From Methanoregulaceae archaeon UBA288 (GTDB lineage Archaea; Halobacteriota; Methanomicrobia; Methanomicrobiales; Methanospirillaceae), in assembly GCA_002495225.1 (NCBI GenBank), contig DAEF01000010.1, forward strand, positions 1-27,780: a DNA stretch of 27,780 nucleotides, written 5' to 3'. Below are positions 16,242 to 25,198 of the stretch, in pieces (positions within the stretch are counted from its first letter, which is position 1; each line of letters starts with the position of its first letter). The position numbers and the translations under genes were made by a program. The notes beneath the pieces were generated by a model that was given only the letters and a program-made list of their open reading frames with translations, was not told where the DNA came from and made no database searches.

Positions 16242-16577
16242 TCAGCCGCACTCGCCGGACGGGCAGGCGTCGCTGTCGCCGCCGCGCGCCCGCTCGAGCA
16301 CGTACCGCAGCCCCTGCACGTCGCGGACGGTCATGTTGCTCACGATCAGCCGGTGCACGAGGTCGTCGAACGGCACGTCCTCGAGGAGGCGGCCGACCGC
16401 GGCCTCGAGGAACGGCTCGCTGAGCGCTTCAACGCCGGCGAAATCGAGCTCGACCTCGTGGCCGGCCGCGAGCGCGGGGCGTATCAGGTCGCAGAGCCTC
16501 CGGCCGTCGTCCGCGCCGCCCTCGCCGAAGACCTCGGCCACCCTGACGACGGTCAGGGGCTCGTTCCCGGGCTCCAT
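16242..16577 (-). CDS. STAS-like domain protein (DUF4325-like)
   Basis: DDGRRLCDLIRPAL and VELDFAGVEALSEPFLEAAVGRL. ATATATG TATA-like box at 16602-16608, 25-31 nt upstream of ATG 16577. Confidence 0.8.
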   Translation of the reverse strand: MEPGNEPLTVVRVAEVFGEGGADDGRRLCDLIRPALAAGHEVELDFAGVEALSEPFLEAAVGRLLEDVPFDDLVHRLIVSNMTVRDVQGLRYVLERARGGDSDACPSGECG

Positions 16578-16613
16578 GACAGTTCCTCTACACCGCTCAT
16601 GCATATATCCCCT

Positions 16614-17267
16614 TCACGCCCGTGACGCCTCCGCCACCGTGTACCGGCCCGTGTCGCGGGCCGCGACGCGGTCACGCTGGAACGCCACGATCGCGGCAAA
16701 GCGCGGGTCATCAGCGCCGCCGAGCTCGTCGAGCAGGGCGGCCGCGCGCTCGAACTCGCCGGCCCGGCGGGCGACGTCGACCATCACGAGTGTCTCGGCC
16801 TCCGGGTTATCGATGTAGTGCTCGCCCCGCCGCCGGACCTCGTCGAGCAGGTCGAGGGTGCGGCGCCGCGCCCGCACCGCATCCTCTTCCGCGCCGGCGT
16901 CGTCGGCGGCCCAGGCCGCCCAGAGGGAGGTCTCGGTCGCCTCGACCCACCGATCCGCGTGCTCGAGCAGGGTCGATGCGCAGAGGAGCCGGACCACGAG
17001 CTCGGGGTTCGGCTTCTCGCGGAGGGCCCGGTAACCATCCGATGCCATCACCTCCGCGGCCCCTTCCGTCGGCTCCTCGAGGGAGAGCCCGCAGTACCCG
17101 CAGTGCGGGCACTCCTGGACCCAGTGCTGGATTGTCTCGCGCTGATCGGGCGGCGGGCGGAGGTCGAGGTCCGCCGACCCCTCCCGCCCCGCATCGGCCA
17201 CGAAACCCTGGACCGAGGTCTTTCCGCAGACCGCACACCGCTTCTCTTCTGTTGCGATCGTCGCCAT
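16614..17267 (-). CDS. DUF2225-like protein (Zn ribbon plus TPR-like helices)
   Basis: CAVCG...DLDLRP...VQECPHCGY, followed by Ala-rich helical repeats. Start re-assigned to ATG 17267. Confidence 0.8.
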   Translation of the reverse strand: MATIATEEKRCAVCGKTSVQGFVADAGREGSADLDLRPPPDQRETIQHWVQECPHCGYCGLSLEEPTEGAAEVMASDGYRALREKPNPELVVRLLCASTLLEHADRWVEATETSLWAAWAADDAGAEEDAVRARRRTLDLLDEVRRRGEHYIDNPEAETLVMVDVARRAGEFERAAALLDELGGADDPRFAAIVAFQRDRVAARDTGRYTVAEASRA

Positions 17268-17328
17268 CACCACCAGATGGCGGGCCGTGCGGATGAACCT
17301 GACGGCGCCCGGCACCGATTCTCTCTTG

Positions 17329-17365
17329 AAAAAAAGGTCAGAATCCCGGGTCCAGTGGACCCGGG
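17329..17365 (-). terminator. Hairpin plus T7 tract downstream of the cupin gene
   Basis: Perfect inverted repeat CCCGGGTCC-AGT-GGACCCGGG (17345-17365), followed on the minus strand by seven T (17335-17329). Confidence 0.6.
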
Positions 17366-17392
17366 CAGTTGCCGTCCGGCCTCTTTGTGTCC

Positions 17393-17794
17393 CTACTCGG
17401 TGGTCTTCCCGTCGAAGTGCTCTTCCTGCTCGTCGGCCTCTTTCTTGGTCTTCCGCACGACCCCGTCCTGGTGTTCGGGCGGCGAGTAGATCGTGTAGAG
17501 CTTGAGGTCCGCGTCCTTCGAGGTGTTGACCACGTTGTGGCGCGCGCCCGACGGCACGATCACGCCGCTTCCGTCCTTCACCGGGTTCTTGACTCCGTCG
17601 ATGACGACCTCCCCCTCGCCCTCCTCGAACCGGAAGAACTGGTCGACGTCGTCGTGGACCTCCTCGCCGATCTCCTCGCCGGGCTTCAGGTTCATCAGCA
17701 CGAGCTGGCAGTACTTCCCGGTGTAGAGCACCCGGCGGTAGTCCGTGTTCGTCGTCGTCGCGGTCTCGATATCTGTTACGAATCCCTTCTTCAT
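17393..17794 (-). CDS. Cupin domain protein
   Basis: GEEIGEEVHDDVDQFFRFEEGEG (motif 1), VPSGARHNVVN (motif 2) and YTIYSPPEH. Confidence 0.92.
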   Translation of the reverse strand: MKKGFVTDIETATTTNTDYRRVLYTGKYCQLVLMNLKPGEEIGEEVHDDVDQFFRFEEGEGEVVIDGVKNPVKDGSGVIVPSGARHNVVNTSKDADLKLYTIYSPPEHQDGVVRKTKKEADEQEEHFDGKTTE

Positions 17795-17920
17795 GATATC
17801 ACGTCCTTCGTGTCGGTAGTCGATCCCTCGTGGGATGACCGGATCACCGATGTGGTGGCGGATCCATTTCTGCCTGTCGATCGGGGCAGCTTCGACGACC
17901 GGCCTCTCAGACCCGGGTGG

Positions 17921-17927
17921 AAAAAAA
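17921..17927 (-). terminator. Oligo-T terminator downstream of catalase
   Basis: Seven consecutive T on the minus strand, 43 nt after the catalase stop. Confidence 0.5.
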
Positions 17928-17969
17928 GGAGCCGGGGCCGTTCTCTTGGGAACGGCCCGCGGACAGCAG

Positions 17970-19436
17970 TCAGTCGGCGGCCTCGACCCGCTCCATCGGG
18001 ATGCCGAGTGCGCCTGCCACGCCCGCTCCGTAGGCCGGGTCGGCCTTCAGGCAGTTGCAGATGTGCCGGACCTTGATGAACTCCGGCGCGTCGCCCATCG
18101 CGCGGGCCGTGTTCTCGCAGAGGACCCGCTGCTGGGCAGGGCTCATCAGCCGGAAGAGCTTGCCCGGCTGGGTGTAATAGTCCGAGTCGTCCGCGCGGAA
18201 GTCCCAGGAGTCGGCCGCGCCCGAGAGTTCCAGCGGGGGGTCGCGGTACTCCGGCTGCTCCTGCCACTCGCCGTAGCTGTTCGGCTCGTACGCGATGGTC
18301 GAGCCGTAGTTGCCGTCCACCCGCATCTGACCGTCCCGGTGCGACGGGTGGGCCGGCGCGTTCTTCGGGCGGTTGACCGGGATCTGGTGGTGGTTGATGC
18401 CCAGCCGGTAGCGCTGCGCGTCGCCGTACGCGAAGAGGCGGCCCTGGAGCATCCTGTCGGGCGAGAACCCGATCCCGGGCACCACCGCCGCCGGGTTGAA
18501 CGCCGCCTGCTCGACGTCCTGGAAGTAGTTCTCAGGGTTCTGGTTCAGCTCGAGCACGCCGACCTCGTGGAGGGGAAAGTCGCCCTTGTACCAGACCTTG
18601 GTGAGATCGAACGGGTTGTAGGGCATGGCCTTCGCCTGCTCCTCGGTCATCACCTGGATGTACATCGTCCAGCGGGGAAACTCGCCCCGGTCGATCGCCT
18701 CGAGCAGGTCGCGCTGGTTGCTCTCGCGGTCCTTCGCGACGACCGCCTCGGCCTCCTCGTCGGTCAGGTTCTCGATCCCCTGCTGGGTGTGGAGGTGGAA
18801 CTTGACCCAGACCCGCTCGTTCGCGGCGTTGATCATGCTGAACGTGTGGCTCCCGAACCCGTGCATATGGCGGTACGAGCGCGGGATCCCGCGGTCGCTC
18901 ATGGTGATGGTCACCTGGTGGAGGGCCTCAGGGAGGGACGTCCAGAAGTCCCAGTTGTTCTTCGAGCTCCGCATGTTCGTGCGGGGGTCGCGCTTGACCG
19001 CGCGGTTGAGGTCCGGGAACTTGTGCGGGTCGCGGAAGAAGAAGACGGGGGTGTTGTTGCCCACCAGGTCCCAGTTTCCCTCCTCGGTGTAGAACTTCAT
19101 GGCGAAGCCGCGGATGTCCCGCTCCGCGTCGGCAGCACCGCGCTCGCCCGCGACGGTCGAGAAGCGGACGAAGGCGTCGGTCTTCTTTCCGATCGCGGAG
19201 AAGATCTTCGCCTTCGTGTACCGCGTGATGTCGTGGGTGACGGTGAATGTCCCGAACGCGCCCGATCCCTTGGCGTGCATGCGCCGCTCGGGGATCACCT
19301 CGCGGTCGAAGTGGGCGAGTTTCTCCTGGTACCAGACGTCCTGCAGCAGCATGGGGCCACGCGGCCCGGCCGTGAGGGCGTTCTGGTTGTCCGCCACCGG
19401 CGCGCCGGCGGCCGTGGTCAGCTTCTTCTTCTCCAT
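17970..19436 (-). CDS. katA: Monofunctional small-subunit heme catalase
   Basis: [15 protein letters not shown] (distal His), [14 protein letters not shown] and [14 protein letters not shown] (proximal Tyr). GAGGAG ribosome-binding site. Confidence 0.97.
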   Translation of the reverse strand: MEKKKLTTAAGAPVADNQNALTAGPRGPMLLQDVWYQEKLAHFDREVIPERRMHAKGSGAFGTFTVTHDITRYTKAKIFSAIGKKTDAFVRFSTVAGERGAADAERDIRGFAMKFYTEEGNWDLVGNNTPVFFFRDPHKFPDLNRAVKRDPRTNMRSSKNNWDFWTSLPEALHQVTITMSDRGIPRSYRHMHGFGSHTFSMINAANERVWVKFHLHTQQGIENLTDEEAEAVVAKDRESNQRDLLEAIDRGEFPRWTMYIQVMTEEQAKAMPYNPFDLTKVWYKGDFPLHEVGVLELNQNPENYFQDVEQAAFNPAAVVPGIGFSPDRMLQGRLFAYGDAQRYRLGINHHQIPVNRPKNAPAHPSHRDGQMRVDGNYGSTIAYEPNSYGEWQEQPEYRDPPLELSGAADSWDFRADDSDYYTQPGKLFRLMSPAQQRVLCENTARAMGDAPEFIKVRHICNCLKADPAYGAGVAGALGIPMERVEAAD

Positions 19437-19596
19437 TTCGATCTCCTCTGGAGCCCACGCCCCGGAGCGGGCCGATCCGAGCTCGTGCTTGAGGTATTGT
19501 TTTCTCCGGGGCTTTCAACACTTGCCCCAATCTTCAAATAGTCCTCGATGCCCCCGGTCCAGCAGTCTTATGGCCGCTCCGGGCCACACCTCCGGT

Positions 19597-20373
19597 ATGG
19601 ATGGAGCTCTGCGGGAATCGGTCGAGGCCCACTGCCGGCGGCTCGAGGTCCCGCTCGTCGGGTTCGCGCCGGCGAGCCGCTGGGACGAGCCCCGTTTCGA
19701 GCCGTGGGTGCCCGAGCCGTTCCGGCCGGCGGCCGTGATGCCCGGGACGCGGACCGTGATAGTGATCGGCCTCCCGGTCTTCCTGCCCGTGGTCGGGTCC
19801 GCGCCCTCGATCTGGTACCACGAGCTCTACCGGACGACGAACGAGCTCCTCGACCAGCACGCGTACCGGATCGCGGCGGCCCTGAATGCGGCCGGTCACC
19901 CGTCCGTGCCGGTGCCGCGGGACGGGTACGGCTCGATCCGGGTGCTGCTGGAGAAGCCGGTCGCGTTCTTCTCCCACCGGCACGCGGCGTACCTCGCCGG
20001 GCTCGGCTCGTTCGGGGTCAACAATGTCATCCTCACCCGTGCGTACGGGCCGAGGGTCCGGTTCGCGTCGGTCCTGACGGCGGCCGAGCTCCCGCCGGAC
20101 CCCTTGCTCGAAGAGGACCTCTGCACCCGGTGCATGCTCTGCGTGGAGGAGTGCCCGGTTGGGGCCCTCGAGCCCGGCGACTACCCCGGCTCCCTGACCG
20201 ACAAGCGGGCCTGCGCCGGGCGCGCCGCGGAGCTCGTCGGCCGGCACGTCTCGCCGTGTGGCCGCTGCATCGCGGTCTGCCCGGTCGGCGAGGACCGGCG
20301 GCTCTTCGGCGACGGGGACGGCGACGCGGCCCGATCCGCACGGGCGCACGTCCGGTCGTACGGCGGGGGCTGA
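19597..20373 (+). CDS. QueG/reductive-dehalogenase-like 2x[4Fe-4S] protein (probably cobalamin-binding)
   Basis: VGFAP, TVIVIG, SHRHAAYLAGLGSFG, GPRVRFASVLT, CTRCMLCVEECP, and C...CGRCIAVCP. Start is ATG 19597; the longer frame overlaps katA. Confidence 0.85.
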   Translation: MDGALRESVEAHCRRLEVPLVGFAPASRWDEPRFEPWVPEPFRPAAVMPGTRTVIVIGLPVFLPVVGSAPSIWYHELYRTTNELLDQHAYRIAAALNAAGHPSVPVPRDGYGSIRVLLEKPVAFFSHRHAAYLAGLGSFGVNNVILTRAYGPRVRFASVLTAAELPPDPLLEEDLCTRCMLCVEECPVGALEPGDYPGSLTDKRACAGRAAELVGRHVSPCGRCIAVCPVGEDRRLFGDGDGDAARSARAHVRSYGGG

Positions 20374-20399
20374 ACGCACACCCGACGGAACCGTGCGGT

Positions 20400-21737
20400 T
20401 CAGTGGATTTTGAGCCGCTGCCCGTTCATCATCGGGTGGACCCCGTTGTTCAGGGTGTAGCCCAGCTGGCTCGCGAACCGGGCGTAGGCCGACGCCATGG
20501 TCAGGTTCCCGTGTGCGGGGACGATATGCTGCGGCTGGAGCATCTGCATGAAGTCGTAGTGGTCCTCCCGGTACGCGTGGCCGCTCACGTGCAGGTCCGG
20601 GAAGATCCGGGCGCCGGCCGCGCTGAGGAGCTGCTCGATCCGGGCCCGGTTCGCGTGGTTCATCGGGTTCGGGATCACCTTCGCCGAGAAGAGCACCTTG
20701 TCCCCCTTGGCGAGCTGGTACGGGGTGTCGCCGTGCGCGAGGCGGGTGAGCATGGCGCCCGGCTCGCCCTGGTGGCCCGTGACGATCGGCAGGAACTGCT
20801 CCTTCCCGTCCTTCATCATGCGGCGCATCATCCGGTCGATCACCCGCCGGTTGCCGAAGACGCTGGTCGTCTTGGGAAACGAGACGAACTTCATCTGCTC
20901 GGCGGTCACGCCGTACTTCTCCATCGAGCGGCCGAGGAGCACGGGCTTCCTCCCGATCGCGGCGGCGCAGTCCGCGATCACCTTCACGCGGGAGATGTGC
21001 GACGAGAAGGCCGAGACGATGATCGCGTGCTTATCGTCCTCGAGGCTGGTGATGACGTCCCGCACAAGGCCCCCGGCGATCCGCTCGCTCGGGCACCGCC
21101 CCGTGTGCTGGATGTACGGGCTCTCGACGATCACGGCGAGCACCCCCTCCCTGCCGAGCTTTCGGAACCGGGCAAAGTCCGGGGGCGCGCCGATGACCGG
21201 CGTCTGGTCGAACTTGAAGTCGCAGGCGTAGACGATTGCCCCGTGGGGCGTGTGGAGCACGGGCGTCACCGTGTCGATGATCGAGTGCTGCGTGTGGACG
21301 AACTCGAGTACGAGGTGCTGGGAGATGGTGTGCCGCTGCCCGGCCCTGAGCGGCACGAGCGCGTTCTCCACGCGGAACTTTCGCTCGCCCTTGATCTGCT
21401 GGCGGATCAGCTCCGTGGCGTAGGGCGTGGCGATGATCGGCGCCTTGTACCGGTGCGCCAGCTTGGGGATGGCCCCGATGTGATCCAGGTGGCCGTGCGA
21501 GCAGACGATGGCCTTGACGCTTCCCGGGACCGACTGGAGGACGGTGTCGTCCGGGATCGCCTTGATCTGGATCAGGTCGAGCGAGTGCATGGTGTCGACC
21601 TCCGCGTCCTCGTGGAGCATCAGCTGGTCCAGGCGGAGTCCCATGTCGAAGATGACGATCTCCTTGCCGCACCGGACGGCGGTCATGTTCCGGCCGACCT
21701 CTTCGTATCCGCCTACTGCGATGATTTCTATTTCCAT
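20400..21737 (-). CDS. rnj: Ribonuclease J, archaeal type (MBL/beta-CASP)
   Basis: GGYEEVGRNM, FDMG, SHGHLDHIG, HSIID, DFK, FSSHI.R, TGHQGEP, HVSGHA and PAHG. ATG 21737 gives 445 aa. Confidence 0.93.
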   Translation of the reverse strand: MEIEIIAVGGYEEVGRNMTAVRCGKEIVIFDMGLRLDQLMLHEDAEVDTMHSLDLIQIKAIPDDTVLQSVPGSVKAIVCSHGHLDHIGAIPKLAHRYKAPIIATPYATELIRQQIKGERKFRVENALVPLRAGQRHTISQHLVLEFVHTQHSIIDTVTPVLHTPHGAIVYACDFKFDQTPVIGAPPDFARFRKLGREGVLAVIVESPYIQHTGRCPSERIAGGLVRDVITSLEDDKHAIIVSAFSSHISRVKVIADCAAAIGRKPVLLGRSMEKYGVTAEQMKFVSFPKTTSVFGNRRVIDRMMRRMMKDGKEQFLPIVTGHQGEPGAMLTRLAHGDTPYQLAKGDKVLFSAKVIPNPMNHANRARIEQLLSAAGARIFPDLHVSGHAYREDHYDFMQMLQPQHIVPAHGNLTMASAYARFASQLGYTLNNGVHPMMNGQRLKIH

Positions 21738-21893
21738 GATATGTCCTGGTGGTGAATGGTGACGTCTGGGCCGATGCCGGGCGCGGACTCGCTGCGCGGC
21801 TGGTCGCGAGAGACCCGCGTCCACGGTCCGCTGCCTCCCGGGGCTCGGCCCGGCGTTGTGGTCAGGCCTCGCCTGCTGCCGGCACCCCTCCCG

Positions 21894-22045
21894 GGCCCCC
21901 GTTGCGCCGTCGTACGCAAGGAGGTCGACGGACGGGGCCATCGGATCGATCCCGGCGTTCGCCTGGGGGCGAAGGCCGGTCTGCTGTGGCCGTCCCGGCG
22001 AGGATCTCGCCGCGGCTGTTCGAAGCCCGCTCTCGACGGAGAGCG
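21894..22045 (-). other. Cluster of four consecutive hairpins upstream of rnj (candidate structured 5' leader)
   Basis: Stems: 21894-21902/21932-21939 enclosing 21907-21912/21926-21931; 21952-21963/21968-21979 with one mismatch; 21996-22002/22006-22012; 22028-22034/22039-22045. Confidence 0.45.
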
Positions 22046-22131
22046 CTAACACTCGTGAGGGCTCCGGAGAAGGTGCCGGCCCGGCGGAGGGCGGAAAGAG
22101 TATGCCGCGCTCCTGGGTGCCGACGGTTACA

Positions 22132-22158
22132 GTATAAAAGGATCGTCGAGCATATAAG
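22132..22158 (-). promoter_or_regulatory. Two TATA-like boxes, the only clear ones upstream of rnj
   Basis: CTTATATG (22158-22151) and TTTTATA (22139-22133) on the minus strand. They also read TATAAAA and CATATAAG on the plus strand, so orientation is inferred. Confidence 0.5.
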
Positions 22159-22290
22159 CGTTCAGATCGGACGCGCCCGTACCCGGGGCACCGTGCTCCG
22201 CACCCTGCTCCGGCCACCGGCGGCTCCGGGAAACCCGGGGGGCGGGCGGGGCCGCGATCGGGCCCGCGGTTGGCCCCATCCCGGGCCGGT

Positions 22291-22719
22291 TCAGACCGAG
22301 CGTTCCCAGCCCTGGCCCATGTCCACGATCGGCCGGACCTCGGTCACCTCGAAGGTCGCGAGGGCGTGGATCATGGACGCGGCGGCCTCGCCGACGGCCT
22401 GGGTGACCTGCGCGATGTAGTCGTCGAAGGCCGGGCCCGAGCTCGTGAGATCTTTCAGCCGCAGATAGACCCGGATGCCCCTCCAGTCCATGAGCGCCGC
22501 GCCGGGCTCCATGATCATGTAGACCGCGTGCGGGTTCTCGCGGAGGTTCGCGAGCGTCCGGTTCGTCCCGGAGCCCAGGACCACCGTCTTCTCGTCGGTC
22601 ATGCGCGGCGATCCGAAGACCGCGACGTCGACCGTTCCGTCCGCCCCGGCCGTGCTGAGCGTCCCGATCCGCGGGGCTTTGTTGAAGTACTCCATCAGGT
22701 GCGCCGACATCGTCTCCAT
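22291..22719 (-). CDS. Pyridoxamine 5'-phosphate oxidase-like flavin-binding split-barrel protein
   Basis: GTLSTAGADG.VDVAVFGSP, RTLANLRENPHA and GIRVY. A CTTAAA box lies about 28 nt upstream of ATG 22719; ATG 22710 is an alternative start. Confidence 0.85.
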   Translation of the reverse strand: METMSAHLMEYFNKAPRIGTLSTAGADGTVDVAVFGSPRMTDEKTVVLGSGTNRTLANLRENPHAVYMIMEPGAALMDWRGIRVYLRLKDLTSSGPAFDDYIAQVTQAVGEAAASMIHALATFEVTEVRPIVDMGQGWERSV

Positions 22720-23087
22720 CTCGTTACGGGCTCTCGCTCCCGGCAGTTTAAGGTTCTGACCGGCGGCCACTCCGGGTACGGGGGACGGGGGTTCGCACCC
22801 CCCCGCGAGACCGGGCCCTGCATCCGGCGCCGTCGACCGGTCCTGGCCGACCCCCGCTCTGCAATCTGCACCCGGGCCATGGTGAAACCGTCTCGAGCTA
22901 CCCCGCTGCCCAGGACGAGCCGGGGTCCCCCGGGCCGCGCGTTCGCATGCGCTCCCTCGAAACCGTCGACGGCTCTCCTCACGCGGCCGGAAGGAACGCC
23001 TCCCCGGTCCGGCCCGCACGGTCCGTATCACCGTGGGGGATGGCGGCACCGGCCCGGTTCGTCCTGCAACGGGATCGAGTTTCTGAA

Positions 23088-23109
23088 AGTTAATATGGTT
23101 AATTTAACT
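23088..23109. promoter_or_regulatory. AT-rich inverted repeat AGTTAA-N10-TTAACT in the promoter region of the MoxR operon
   Basis: Arms at 23088-23093 and 23104-23109, with a GTTAAT direct repeat inside. It lies within the most AT-rich stretch of the window (about 23080-23135). Confidence 0.45.
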
Positions 23110-23173
23110 AATTGGAATTTGCAAGGGTTTTTTCATCTCCGGGACCATTACTATTCTGAGGGCTTCAGACTGT

Positions 23174-24211
23174 ATGATCCGCAGTAACTTCGCGTTCTGC
23201 CTGCCGGCCGGCAGATGTCGTCACCTCGCGCTGCTCGTACTCGTGGCGCTCCTTGGAGCCGCGCTCATCGTCACAGCCACCTCCGCCGCCGATGTCGGGG
23301 GTGAGACGATCCCCGGCACCAAGCACGTCCATATCCGGGTCGCAAACGAGGACGGCGCACGGTTCGACCTGTTCGGCAACGAGACCTACTATATCAAGTT
23401 CGACGGGGGCGGCCTCAACGCCCTCCATATCACGACCAACCCGCTCGAGCCCTTCGGCCAGGTGACGAAGACCGCTGCCGGCAACGGCACCTTCTATATC
23501 GCCGACTCGGGCGGGCGGGGCTTCTTCGACGACCTCGTTCTCCTCGTCGCGGTCCGCGAACCGCTCCCTGACGACTTCGCGGTCCACCTCCGCTCGAGCG
23601 GCTACACCTGGCCGCCCACGACGGAGCTCAACCGTCCGCCCGAGCTCTCGGCGCTCACCTATCACGAGCCCGGGCTCGACGAGACCTTCGACCGGAGCGA
23701 CTTCCGGTACGCCCCCCAGTCCTGGAAGCCCTCGGGGACGGACAACTACCCGGTGATGGAGGGCGTGGACCCCTCCTCCGGGACCGCCTTCCGCTTCCTC
23801 TTCGTCGACCTGAACGTCGGGGCGCTCGGCCTTAACAGCGACAAGCCCGGCCTGAAGTTCAACGGCACGGCGCGGGTCGAGTACACCCTCGCGAACACCT
23901 CGTCGCCTGCCTCGTTCAACATCTACGGCTGGAACAACCAGTCCAACCAGGGCCAGGGGATCTCCTGGACCAACCGCGTCTCGGGCACGGGGAGCAACGG
24001 GTATATCGTGATGGACGGGCCGGACGCCGGGGCCGGTGCGGGGAGCTCGGAGTTCGGCGGCGCTGCCACGGCCGCCCCGGCCGGGACGGCGGAGCCCGTG
24101 CCGACGCCGACCCCCACCGTGGGCGTGATCGACCAGCTCGTCGCGGCCGTGAACGCGTTCCTGCAGTCGCTCGGCCTGGCCGGCGGCGGGCACGTGCCGG
24201 GAGAGGACTGA
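23174..24211 (+). CDS. Secreted/cell-surface protein of unknown function
   Basis: Signal-peptide-like N-terminus (RHLALLVLVALLGAALIVTATSA), a beta-rich Gly/Asn/aromatic core, an Ala/Pro/Thr linker and a C-terminal amphipathic helix (VIDQLVAAVNAFLQSLG). TGATG overlap with moxR. Confidence 0.8.
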   Translation: MIRSNFAFCLPAGRCRHLALLVLVALLGAALIVTATSAADVGGETIPGTKHVHIRVANEDGARFDLFGNETYYIKFDGGGLNALHITTNPLEPFGQVTKTAAGNGTFYIADSGGRGFFDDLVLLVAVREPLPDDFAVHLRSSGYTWPPTTELNRPPELSALTYHEPGLDETFDRSDFRYAPQSWKPSGTDNYPVMEGVDPSSGTAFRFLFVDLNVGALGLNSDKPGLKFNGTARVEYTLANTSSPASFNIYGWNNQSNQGQGISWTNRVSGTGSNGYIVMDGPDAGAGAGSSEFGGAATAAPAGTAEPVPTPTPTVGVIDQLVAAVNAFLQSLGLAGGGHVPGED

Positions 24212-25191
24212 TGGCTCCTATGGCCGGCCCCCCCGGGGTCGACGCGAGCCGCGACCTGCTCCTCCAGATACGGGACGAGGTCCGGCGGACCGTCGTGGGC
24301 CAGGGCGAGGTCGTCGACGACCTCCTCTGCGCGCTCGCCGCCGGCGGCCACGTCCTCCTCGAAGGCGTCCCCGGCATCGCCAAGACCCTCCTGATCCGGA
24401 CCCTCGCGGCCACGCTCGACGCCTCGTTCGTCCGCCTCCAGTTCACGCCCGACCTGCTCCCGGCCGACATCATCGGCACGCGCATCTACCGCCAGCACGA
24501 CGGCTCCTTCGCGACCATGAAGGGGCCGATCTTCCACCAGGTCGTCCTGGCCGACGAGATCAACCGCGCCCCGCCCAAGGTCCAGTCGGCCCTCCTGGAG
24601 GCGATGCAGGAGCGGCAGGTCACGATCCAGGGCGAGACCCACGCCCTGCCCGACCCGTTCTTCGTCCTCGCGACGCAGAACCCGATCGAGTCCGAGGGGA
24701 CCTACTCCCTGCCCGAGGCCCAGGTGGACCGGTTCATGGTGAAACTGGTGATGACCTACCCCGCGCTCGACGAGGAGGTCGCGATCCTGGACCGGTTCGC
24801 CGAGGGCGGGGCGATCGAGCCCCGGCGGGTCGCGTCGGCCCGGTCCATCGCGGGGCTCCGCGAGGTGGTGCGGGGGGTCCGGGCCGAGCCGGCGGTCAAG
24901 CAGTACGCGGCCGCGCTCGTGGACGCCACGCGCCGGCCCGCACGCTACGGCCTGGACCTCGAGGACGCGATCGCGTACGGCGGGTCCCCGCGAGCGACCA
25001 TCGGCCTCGTCCTGATGGCCAAGGCGCACGCGGTCCTGGAGGGGCGGGGGTACGTGGTCCCGCACGACCTCAAGGCCGTCGCGCCGGCCGTGCTCCGCCA
25101 CCGAATCATCCGGACCATCGACGCCGAGGCGGACGGGATCTCGACCGAGAGCATGATCGCGGCGATCGCGGACCGGGTCCCGGTCCCGTGA
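24211..25191 (+). CDS. moxR: MoxR-family AAA+ ATPase
   Basis: EGVPGIAKT, QFTPDLLPADI, LADEINRAPPKVQSALLEAMQERQVT, ATQNPIESEGTY.LPEAQVDRF and SPRA. Confidence 0.96.
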   Translation: MAPMAGPPGVDASRDLLLQIRDEVRRTVVGQGEVVDDLLCALAAGGHVLLEGVPGIAKTLLIRTLAATLDASFVRLQFTPDLLPADIIGTRIYRQHDGSFATMKGPIFHQVVLADEINRAPPKVQSALLEAMQERQVTIQGETHALPDPFFVLATQNPIESEGTYSLPEAQVDRFMVKLVMTYPALDEEVAILDRFAEGGAIEPRRVASARSIAGLREVVRGVRAEPAVKQYAAALVDATRRPARYGLDLEDAIAYGGSPRATIGLVLMAKAHAVLEGRGYVVPHDLKAVAPAVLRHRIIRTIDAEADGISTESMIAAIADRVPVP

Positions 25192-25198
25192 GGGCGAC

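Noticed and set aside
15-19541. Long opposite-strand ORFs (15..1340+, 1362..3212+, 3642..5219-, 5680..7518-, 9486..11612-, 11609..14884-, 17835..19541+)
   Set aside because: They shadow recognisable genes, are rich in Arg/Gly/Pro/Ala and carry no motifs. This is expected in GC-rich DNA, where stop codons are scarce on the antisense strand.
19099-19596. N-terminal extension of the QueG-like ORF
   Set aside because: It overlaps katA antisense and the divergent promoter. The domain starts at ATG 19597.
21918-21925. Strong Shine-Dalgarno-like AAGGAGGT on the plus strand
   Set aside because: No start codon at a suitable spacing and no credible plus-strand ORF. It is noted only as a loop sequence in the rnj leader finding.
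22189-22212. 12-bp tandem repeat CACC(G/C)TGCTCCG, two copies
   Set aside because: Only two copies in GC-rich DNA; compatible with chance or local slippage.
21738-22217. 160-codon N-terminal extension of the RNase J ORF
   Set aside because: Low-complexity translation that runs through the TATA boxes. RNase J homology starts at MEIEII (21737).
22884-22967. GAAACCGTC repeated at 75-bp spacing
   Set aside because: Two 9-mers are too short and too few for a CRISPR or iteron array.
21738-23080. Possible tRNA, SRP RNA or RNase P RNA in the long intergenic stretches
   Set aside because: No GTTCRANYC T-arm with a cloverleaf, no SRP helix-8 CAGG..GGAA..AGCAG, and no RNase P GAGGAAAGUCC. GGGGG-TTCGCA-CCCCC has a 6-nt loop and no supporting arms.
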